NCBI GenBank assembly: GCA_964563105.1
Contig: CAZLXM010000008.1
Coordinates: 1-63,864 of the forward strand
Origin: an uncultured Bacteroidaceae bacterium
GTDB taxonomy: Bacteria; Bacteroidota; Bacteroidia; Bacteroidales; GCA-2748055
Direction of reading: 5' to 3'
Length of the DNA stretch: 63,864 bases
Each line of letters starts with the position of its first letter. The stretch's first letter is position 1. The notes below the pieces were generated by a model, which was not told the origin of the DNA, ran no database searches, and worked only from the letters and a program-made list of their open reading frames with translations. The translations under genes were made by a program, and so were the position numbers. Shown here in pieces: positions 29,201 to 41,200 of this stretch.

Positions 29201-32200
29201 ACAATGAATTTATCCGGAGAAACCGGTGATGTTATCAGATGGGAGAAACGTTTGGGTACAGGTAGCTGGACCAGCATATCAAATACCACAACATCCTATT
29301 CTGAAGTGCCGTCATCTTCCGGTACATGGCAATACCGTGCAGTAGTCAAAAATGGAGTCTGTCCGGAACAAAATTCAACGCCACAAACTATAATTGTTCA
29401 CCCGAGATTTGAGGCTGCTCAATTACATGATGATATAAGCATATGTGATAATCATTCAACAAATTTTCATGTTGATCTTACAGGGGGCACATCCACATAT
29501 ACAATAAATTATAATATTAACGGCACACCTCAAACTCCGGTAACAGGATATATAAACGGAAGTAATATTTCAACAGGCATATTAACTACCGGAACTTACA
29601 CATATACCCTTACTTCAGTAACTGATATCAATGGTTGCCCGGCAGAATCACTTGGTACACCAATTGTCATAGATGTCGGATCAACTCCAAGTTCAGCACA
29701 CATAACGGGATCTGGTGATACTTGTGATGGCGAGGAAAGTTTTATCCGTTTTTCCATTACAGGCGGAACACCTCCATATACTGTTATCTATGAACATAAT
29801 GGTACTGCTCAGTCGCCAATATCCAATTATACCAGCGGAACAACCCATTCTTTGAATATTTTACCTGTCGGGCCTAATAATTTCAGAATTCTTTCTGTTA
29901 AAGATGACTGCGGAGCTCCAGTACCTTTAGGCGGATTACCTCTTTCCCCTTACCTGATTACAATACATGCAATACCTTCAGCAACATCCACTGTGAACAA
30001 TACGCCGTCTGTATGCTATGATGGAACCACGGATATAATATTGCAATCATCAGTTCCTAATACAGATTTTAGCTGGACGGTTTCCCATGCTCCCGTAGTG
30101 ACATGGATATCAGGTAAAGCACCGTCTGATGGAAGCAGAATCAGCGGTAATGGTACTTCTATAGCTCAAACCCTTGCTCATTCCGGAACTGTTCCGGTTA
30201 CCGTAACATATACTATTAGCCCGAAAGGCCCGGGGACCACAGCGTGTCCCGGACCTGCAATTACGAGAAATGTAATTGTCTATCCACTCCCGAAACTTAG
30301 CAGTTCCCTTACTCCTCCGGCTATCTGTAGTGGGACTGTTTTTAGTTATACCCCCTCCAGTGCCACAAGCGGAACCACATTCAACTGGTCAAGGGCTACA
30401 ATCCCGGGAATTAGCCCTGCCGGACCAACTAACGGATCTGGTAATCCCAATGAAACTCTTACAAATACTACAACAGCACCAATTACTGTGGTTTATACCT
30501 ATACACTTACAGCCAATGGTTGCAGCAATGTTGAAAATGTATCGGTTGTTGTGAACCCTTCACCGCAACTTTCCTCTTCACTCAATCCTCCTGCGATCTG
30601 CAGCGGAACAACCTTTAGCTATACCCCGACCAGCGCTACAACCGGAACTTCATTTATCTGGAGCCGGGCTACAGTCCCGGGAATTAGCCCTGCCGGACCA
30701 ACTAACGGATCCGGTAATCCCAATGAAACTCTTACAAATACAACAACAGCGCCAATTACTGTGGTTTATACCTATACACTTACAGCCAATGGATGTAACA
30801 ATACTCAGAATGTATCTGTAGTAGTAAACCCGATTCCAAAACTATCCGGCTCTCTAACTCCACCGGCTATTTGCAGTGGGACAGCATTTAAATATACACC
30901 TGCCAGCGCTACAAGTGGAACAACATTTAGTTGGGAGAGGGAGGTAAAAACAGGAATACTTCCTGCATCTTCTGGCTCAGGAACGGGAGGCATAGATGAA
31001 ATTTTAACAAATGCTACCACGGATCCTATTTCTGTAGACTATAAATTTACGTTAACAGCAAATGGATGTACTAATACTGAAACGGTTACAGTAGTAATTA
31101 ACCCTCTTCCCAAACTTTCAGGTTCTCTTACTCCACCTGCAATTTGTAGCGGATCAACATTTAATTATTCACCACAAAGTCTGACTTCCGGAACAACATT
31201 TAGCTGGAACAGAGCAAGTGTGGCAGGTATAACCCCTGCGGGCCCAACTTCCGGCACCGGAAATCCGAATGAAACATTAACAAATACTGGCACAGGCCCT
31301 GTAACTGTAATATATTCATATACTCTTACAGCAAATGGATGCACTAATATTGAAGATGTAGAACTTGTTGTTAATCCGCAGCCAACTTTAAGTAGCACAC
31401 TTACACCGCCGGCAATTTGTAGCGGGTCAAACTTCAGTTATACTCCTGCGAGTGCTACCAGCGGAACTACATTCACATGGTCCAGGGCTGCCATTCCCGG
31501 AATTAGCCCGTCAACCCCGGCATCAGGTTCCGGTAATCCGAACGAAACACTCACAAATAATACAGCAGCCCCAATAACCGTAACTTATAGCTATACTTTA
31601 AGTGCTAATGGATGTACAAATACACAAAACGTATCTGTTATTGTAAATCCAAAACCTTCTCTTAGCAGTACTCTTAATCCTGCTGCAATTTGTGATGGGG
31701 CAACCTTTAACTACACTCCCCAGAGCGCAACTTCAGGAACTTCATTTTTCTGGACAAGAGGTACAATAACCGGAATAACCCCAACCGGCCCAACATCAGG
31801 TTTTGGTAATCCCGCGGAAATTTTAAATAATAATACAAGTGATCCGATAAGTGTTACATATGCTTATTCTCTTCAGGCAAATGGATGTAGTAATACGCAA
31901 AATGTACAGGTAATAATCAATCCAACACCCATTTTAACAAGCACCCTTACCCCTTCACCAATTTGCAGCGGAAGTAAATTCAATTATTCACCTGTAAGTT
32001 CAACATCAGGAACAACATTTAGCTGGTCAAGGGCGGCAATACCCGGAATCTTACCTGCCGGGGCAGGCTCAGGAACAGGTGATCCGAATGAAATTCTTGA
32101 AAACACGAGTGATTCAGCAATAACGGTAAACTATATTTATACATTAACTGCAAATTCCTGCAGTAATACTCAAACTGTATCAGTTATTGTATATCCTGTA

Positions 32201-35200
32201 CCAAAACTCTCAAGTACTTTAAACCCTACTGCCATATGCAGCGGGACTACTTTTAGTTATGATCCTTCCAGCGGGACTACAGGAACAGCTTTTAACTGGA
32301 CCCGCACAACCGTCGCCGGGATTACTCCCTTAGGGCCAAATTATGGGACAGATAACCCGAATGAAGTATTGACAAACACAACAACTGCCCCAATAACTGT
32401 AACCTACCGCTATATCTTAACTGCTAACGGATGCAGTAATACCCAGGATGTGAAAGTTGTTGTAAACCCTACGCCTACTCTTTCATCGAACTTAAATCCC
32501 AATCCTGTTTGCAGTAATACTCCATTCACTTATTCCCCGACAAGTGCTACTACAGGAACTGTCATTTCATGGTATCGTGATGAGGTAAGCGGTATTGAAA
32601 ACGGATCACAAACAGGAACCGGAAATATTAATGAAATATTAAGAAACATATCTTCAATACCAGTGGGTGCAGTTTATACATTTAACCTCACTGCAAACGG
32701 ATGTAACAATACCCAGGATATTACTGTTAGTATTAAACCCGAACCAGTCATATCAGACCAATCTGTATCAGTATGCTCGGGTGAAAATCTGAATCATAAA
32801 ATATTGCTTGACAATTTCATTAACCCCGCTGATAATGTAACATTTACCTGGCCTGTTCCAACATTATCCGGTGGCATCTCAGGTGGAACAAGTCGTGATA
32901 TCCCTTCAAGTAATAATATGACCGATATTTTCTTAAATGTTTCAGGTAATCCGGAAAATGCAATATACTCAGTTACTCCATTTTATCAGGGATGTCAGGG
33001 AGATACAAAAGATATCTTTGTAACCATTGGATCACAACCAGTTCTTGATCCGGATCTGGATAAAGAGGTATGCAGTTCACTTCCAATAGAACTTGTTCTT
33101 GGAGTTGCATCAGGTTCGGTTAATGCCTCATCTTATGATGTGCTTATGGTTTCTAAAGATCCGGGATTAGTATCGGAAACCGGTAATGCTGTTGCAAGTA
33201 ATGGAGTTGATGAAAATTACCTTTTCAATGATATATTCATAAATGAAACAGGTGAGGATAAAAATGTTATTTACAGGGTAAGGCCACTCTTTGGGCTTAC
33301 CTGCATAGGTAATTCAGTTGATATTAAAGTAACAATTAAACCTCAACCGGTAATTTTATCTGGACAAACAGCTGAGATTTGTTCAGGAGGGCTGGTAAAT
33401 AAAGAAATTTTTCTTCTTCCTGTAAATTCTCCGGCAGGAACTAAATTTAACTGGGATTTACCATTAATGTCGGATAGTTCGATTCAGGGATCTTCAGGTG
33501 TTGATGTAGAGGCTGATCCTTCAGGAAAAATTCATATCAATGATGCATTAACTAATAACGATGTTGTTCCGATAACAGGAACATATACGATTATCCCTGT
33601 CAGTGATTTTGGTTGTTACGGAAATCCTCAGTACCTGATAGTAAATGTTAAACCAGTACCGGAAGTTCCGGTTATTTCAGGGCGTGATAAGATCTGTGCG
33701 GGTGAAAAAAATATTGTGTTTGAGGTCCCCTTTAATCCCGGATCAACTTATATTTGGACAGTACCAGCGTCAGTAGGCACAAAAGTCCTGGATTCCAATG
33801 CAAGTACAATAGTTGTTAATGCCGCTACAAGCTCAGGGGCCGGGACAATAAGTGTAACCGAGACCAATAGTTATAATTGTACGGGCAGCCCCGGTACGCT
33901 GGACATTGAAGTCCTGTTGCCTGCCAATCCGGTCACTCCTTCCGGAAAAAGTATTGTTTGCGCTAATGAATCAACAACATATAGCGTTCCTTTAAATCCG
34001 GGATCAGTATATTTCTGGACCTTACCTCCGATGGCAGGAATTATAGGCGATCAAACAACAAATAATATTACAGTAAGTTTTGGCACCCTTGGTGGTAATA
34101 TTTCAGTAAAAGAAGTGAACCAGGCAGGATGTATTACATATCATCCTCCTCTGACTGTGGTGGTTAACCCATTGCCTACAGCAACAATCAGCAATAGCGG
34201 AACTATCTGTGAAGAAGATTCTCATCCCATCAATATAAACTTTACAGGAACTGGCCCATGGAGTTTTATACATGCAATTAACGGAGTAGCCCAACCTGAA
34301 ATAAGCGGAGCATCATCCCCATATACTTTAATGGCCAACTTACCGGGAAATTATACCATAGAATCAGTCAAAGATGCTAATGGTTGCAGTGGACCGGGAA
34401 ATGGAAATGCTAATGTGAATTATTTCCCCAAACCTTCTGCTATTATAAGTGGGTCTACTGAACTATGCATCGGAGAAACCACTGTGATAACAATTGCCCT
34501 AACAGGTACAGCTCCATTTAATTTCACTTATACCGATGGGGGTACACCGGTAACCATCAGTAATTATCACGCCAACATTTATACTACTGCTGTTAGTCCG
34601 ACAACAACTACTACTTATACACTCGTTTCTATTAATGACAATAATGGATGTGAAGGTAATATTTCAGGATTAGCAGAAATAACTATTAATCCATTACCTG
34701 CATTAAGCTTTAATATAAGTCATTTAGATTGTAATGGAGACAATTCGGGAGCTATTTATCTGACTGTCACCGGGCCTCCTGTAATCAGCTATTCATGGCA
34801 GGGCCCTGATGGGTTTACAGCAATAACAAAAGATATTACAGGATTAAAAGCAGGAATTTATTCTGTTAGTGTTACAAACGAAGATGGTTGTAAAGCCACA
34901 GGACAGGTTACCGTGACCCAGCCTTCAAGCCTGAACCTCAGTACTTCCGGAGACATAACTCTCCTTTGTAACGGGGATAAAACGGGGAATGGAACCTTTA
35001 CGGTTTCGGGAGGAACAGCCCCCTATATTTTCATGCCAATTACAAATTCTACCGGAGGTACCATTAATCCTCAATTAGCAGAAAGCATCTCTTTTAATGA
35101 TGCCGGCGCTGGTATAATTACAATGAGGGTTACAGATAGTAATGGATGTACTGATGAAAAAACAGTTATTATAAATGAACCGGCACAATTAGCTTTAAGT

Positions 35201-38200
35201 GCTATACTGTCAAAAAGTATAGAAGGCAGTCATAATATTGATTGTTTTGGTTCGAATACAGGAAAAATTACAATAAGTGTTGGCGGAGGACTTGCTCCCT
35301 ATAGTTATAGCTGGTCTACTATAAACGGAAGCGGTTTAATCACCGGAGAAGCCAGTCAAAACTCATTAACTGCCGGAACATATCTCTTAACAGTAACAGA
35401 TGCAAACGGATGTACGATATCAGATTCTTACACACTTACACAACCTGATCCTTTATCTGTAGTCGCGACAACAGATGATGGAATTATTGGCACATGTACA
35501 AATTCAGAAGCTCAACTTAATGCTATTGCAGTGGGAGGGGTAGTGCCTGTATCAGGTTATATTTATAACTGGTTTCCTTCAACAGGGCTTTCTGCCACAA
35601 ATATAGCAAACCCAATTGCAAAACCATCCTCCACAACAACCTATACAGTAACAGTGAGTGATGAAAATGGCTGCACATCAACAGCAAATGTTACCGTTAA
35701 TGTTGTGGCAGATCTCAAACCATCAATTACTGCTTCGGATTATACTATCGGAAACTGTCCGGGATCTGTAGCAACTTTAAATGTTACTGTTTCAGGAGGA
35801 GAAGCTCCATACTCTTATCTATGGAATAATGGCTTAACATTAAGTGACTCAACCATATCCAATCCTGTAGCAAAACCATCTGTAACAACAACCTATACAG
35901 TTACAGTAAGTGATGCAAACAATTGCCAGGCCACTGCAGATATCACTGTTATAGTAGCATCCGACCTTGTTGTAAGCGTTGATACAGATGATGATTTGAT
36001 TGGGGCCTGTCCAAATTCAAAAGCCAGGCTCTCATCAATAGTCAGCGGGGGACAAGGCCCATATACTTATCTTTGGGATAATGAAAATTTCCTTGATGAT
36101 GCCGGAAAACCAAATCCTATAGCCAAACCCGACAGCTCAACCTTATTTACTCTTACTGTTACTGATATTAACGGATGTACAGCCTCAGCACAGGTGATGG
36201 TGAATGTTGCACCTGAACTGACTGCCATAGCATCTTCAGATGACTACATATTAAGTACATGTCCGGCATCACTTGCAAACCTCAATGTGCTTGTAAGCGG
36301 AGGAGAAGCCTTCCCTGATGGGGAATTTACTTACAGCTGGTCGCCTTCGGCAGGCCTAAATTATTCCAATGTCAAATCACCAGTGGCAAAACCTTCCTTC
36401 ACCACCACCTATACTGTGAGGGTAACTGACAGAAATGGATGTACTACACAGTCAAATGTTACAATCCAGGTAATGCCTCCAATTGTTATCTCTTATACAA
36501 CCTTAAAATATAATGGCGGATATGATTTGTCATGTAATGGAGCATCTAATGGAGAAATAGATATTTCTGTTACAGGCGGGGAAGCACCTTATAGTTATGA
36601 ATGGAATGGTCCTCATGGTTTCAGTTCCACATTGGAAGATATTGACGGACTCGTTGCAGGAACTTATATAATTAAAGTTACAGACGCAAATAATTGTCAG
36701 AATACAGCTTCAATTACCCTTATTGAACCAGCTGAACTCAACCTTTCCATTACTCCGGACATAAATCTCAACTGCCATGGAGACTCGAGCGCTTCCGGTC
36801 TATTCACTGTGACAGGAGGAACCAGCGATTATATATTTAATGTAACTAATAACGCAGGTGCAGATATAACAACTGATGCGGTATCGGTAAGCTTTTTTAA
36901 TGCCTCGGCAGGATATGTGGAAGTAGAGCTTATAGATGCCAATAGTTGCAAAACAAGCCAAATCATCAATATTTATCAGCCTGATGAATTAACACCCGGA
37001 TCAATTTCCGGAAATCAGGAAATCTGTTATCTCGGAGACCCCTATATACTTGATGAACTTAGTGCCCCATCGGGTGGCCCTTCAGCTAATTATAATTATC
37101 AATGGGAATCTGCATTAAATATTGGCGGACCATATACACCGGTTATTGGCGCGACAAATAATACTTATAATCCGCCTGCAGGGATAACTGCTACTACACA
37201 TTTCAGACGAAGAGTAATTTCTGGTACATGTAACCCGGCTTACAGTGATACTGTTACTGTAACAGTCAATCCACTCCCGGTTGCAAGTATTAGCGGTTCT
37301 GACTTTATTTGTCCTGCAGATGATGCTATATTAATTGTGAATATAACTCAGGGAACCGGACCCTATTCGCTCGTCTTAAGCGATGGTACAACAGTTAACA
37401 ATTATGTTTCCGGATCGTCAATTATTGTAAATCCTGTTGTTAATGCTTCATATACAATATCATCTATTGTTGATGCAAAAGGATGTTCTGTAACTGCCCC
37501 ACATGCTAATCTGACCGGCTCGGCATTAATAACTATTAAAGTAATACCTGAAATTACAATTAATCCGATTGATCAAACAGTATGTGAAAATCAAACAGCA
37601 GTATTTTCAGTAGATGCCGGTATGACAACAAATCCTTCTTATCAATGGTTTGTAAATCGGAATGATGGTTCAGGCCCCCAGGTTTTATCCGGCGAAACTG
37701 GTTCAAGCCTTAGTTTTATTGCAGATCGGTCAATGAATGGCTATAGATATAGTGTTGAGGTGTCAGGAGATTGTCCACCATCTGTCACTTCCACTAATGC
37801 GGTACTGATAGTTGATAATCTTCCGGAAATAATAGCCCAGCCACAATCCGTAAATATTTGTTCAGGTGAAGATGCAGTATTCACAGTAGATCCAGGCACT
37901 ACTTCGAATGCAGGTTTTGCGTGGTATGTAAATACCGGTCTGGGATGGAGTCTTGCAATAGGTTCACGCTATCAGGGAACATTCAGTGATACTCTTACTG
38001 TTGTTAGTGTAAACGAATCAATGACCGGATATCAGTTTAGAGTAAGAGTTTCCGGATCATGTAATCCATTCGTTGATTCAGATGAAGTTAACCTGACAGT
38101 AACCCGACAGGCTGAGATTATAAGCCCTCCTGCAAATGTTAATGTTTGTGAAGATGATCAGGCAATATTTAGCGTTGATGCCGGATTAACAACCGGACCT

Positions 38201-41200
38201 TCATACATATGGCAAATATTTAATGGTACAACCTGGGACGATATACCTGGAGAAACTGATTCCCAGATTATTATTCCGGTTGTAAGCTCTGCCATGAATG
38301 GAAATATTTACAGAGTAATTGTAAATAGTAGTTGTGGATCAAGTATAAATTCCGGATCAGCCATTCTTAGTGTTTATGAGAAACCAGAAATCATTTCACA
38401 GCCTAAAGATACAGTTGTATGTGCAGGTGCAAATGTAAGTTTCAGCATTAATCCCGGCGTTACGACCGGACCGTCATATCAGTGGAAAATGTCAGCAGAT
38501 TCAGGTTTAACATGGAATAATGTTCCATCGGGAGGTAATTATATGGGAATAACAAGCCCGAAATTGAATATTTATGGTGTAGATTCTATTATGAACGGAT
38601 ATCTCTATAAAGTCATTCTTTCAGGAATATGTACACCTGATATTGAGTCAGGCTCAGCCTCTCTTACAGTTAATACTTCTCCAAAAATAACACTACATCC
38701 TGAAGATAAAACTGTTTGCGAATCTGCACCAGTCATTTTCACAGCCATGGCAGTTGGGACCTCACTTAACTGGCAATGGCAGGTTGACATGAGAGATGGC
38801 AATGGGTTTGTTGAATTATATGATTCGGCAGGTATTTATTCTGGTAGTGCTACGAATCAGCTGGAGATAATAAGTTCTGACAGGAGGATGAACGGATATC
38901 GTTACAGAGCGGTAACAGGCGGAATATGCGCCCCGCCGGCTATTACAAATTTTGCAGTTTTAAGCATAGATATTGCACCTGAAATAATTAATCAGCCCAA
39001 ATCTGATACCATCTGCGAATTTAATGGTGTAAACTTCTTTATTAACGCCCTGGGGGCAGATCTGAGTTTCAAATGGCAGGAAAGCGTTGCAGGAGGCCCA
39101 TTTTATGATCTTTCTGATGGCAGTAATTATATAGGAACAAGCACAGCTTCAATGAATATATTTAATGTTGGCAGATCAAAAAATGAAAACAAATATAGGG
39201 TATTAATTACCGGGATTTGCGGGTCTACAGAAATTAGTGATACTGCTGAGCTTATTATAAAAACAAGTCCTGTAGTGACAATTCAGCCGTCAGATACAAC
39301 TGTTTGTCAAAACGTTCAGGCAAAATTCATTGCAACAGCTGAAGGGTCTGATCTTCAATATCAATGGCAAGTAAGCTCAGGAGGCTCTTTCAGTCCAATT
39401 ATTGACGGATCACAATATTCCGGCATAAACTCTTCAGAATTAACTGTTCTTGATCCTGTTCCATCAATGAATAATTACCGTTATCGAGTATTAATCAGTG
39501 GAACTTGTGTGCCACCAGTTTATTCACAACATGGGACACTTTATATTTTAGCAGATCCATACATTAGTTTCCAACCCGAACCTTCTGAAATATGTGAGAA
39601 TGGAAATACAACATTTACGGCAAATGTTTCGGGGGATGATTTCACAATTAAATGGCAGGTAGACAGTGGACCAGGGTTTGTTGACATAAGTGATGACAGT
39701 AACTATTCTGGTTCAGAATTGTTTACCCTGAATATAATCAATGCACCACTTAGTTTTAATAATAACAAATACAGGCTTAAAATAGTAAATAAATGTAATA
39801 CATTTTATACAGATGATGCCCTGTTAATTGTTAATCCGAATCCTTCTGCCAACATTACCGGTGATGGTAGTTTCCCGATTGTTTGTGGTGGGGCAGATTT
39901 AAATCTGAACGGTAACCCTTCAGGCGGAACAGGGCCCTATTTATATCATAAATGGACTGGCGCCATAGCGCCTCTCAGCTCAACGATTGATCAACTCACC
40001 ACTTTTAATACTTTGTTACATGGAAATTACGAAATTACTTATACAGTAACTGATAGCAAAAACTGTAAAGGTTCAACAACTGTCACTATTGAAAATAACA
40101 GGCCTGATGCGAATTTCATCTCCAATGCAGTACCATCCTGTGGCTTCCTTATGGTTGATTTTACGAATCAGTCAAAAAGAGCAAGCACTTATGTCTGGGA
40201 TTTTGATGATGGAGGCCCACAAATTAATGTGGAAAATCCCTCACATGGGTTTGATAATTTCGATCCTTCAGGACAAATTAACTATTACGAAGTAAAACTT
40301 GCTGCTATCTCAGACAAAGGATGTAGTGACACAGCAACTCAGATAATAACCATATATCCAAAGGTAGATCCTGTTTTCACAATTAATCCAATAGAAGGAT
40401 GTGATCCACTGGTGGCTACTTTAACAACTCAACCGGGGGCATATGCATATGAATGGGATTTTGGAGATGGTCATAAGCAAATTGCGGGTTATTCTGTGAT
40501 CTATGAATTCAAGAATTCTGATACAATTTCAAAAACTTATGATGTAAAACTCACTACAACTTCATATTATGGCTGCAAAGCGAGTTCAACAATGCCAATT
40601 ACAATAAATCCCACACCTTTTGCCACTTTTACAGCATCGCCGCCGCTTCAGACATTTCCGGATGCAACTGTTACAATTATTAATCATGTAGCACCTGGCC
40701 CCTGGGATTATGTTTATCATTTTGGAGATGGAAATTCATCAACAGAAGCGGCTCCAACGCATACTTATTCCGATCCGGGAACTTACAAAATCACACAGAT
40801 TGTATCTAACGGTTCTTGTGTTGACAGTACCAGTCAAAGTATTACAATAAATCCGACTCCTCCTCTTGCAAGCTTTATACCACCGGATGTCGGTTGTAAT
40901 CCCTGGCAGGTAAAAATAACAAATACCTCATTATATGCAAGCAGTTATATATGGGATTTTGGAGATGGAGGGACATCAACCAAAAAAGATCCCGAATATA
41001 TATATCTGGAGCCCGGAACTTATGTAATACGGCTTACTGCAATGGGTCCGGGAGGAATTTCAACTCATGCAGAAACCATTGAAATATTTGAAACACCAAG
41101 AATTTCCTTCACCTATGCACCTGATACAGTATATGAAGATTATAAACCTGTTAAATTCTTTAACTTCACTATAGGTAAAACAACCGGATATCTCTGGGAC

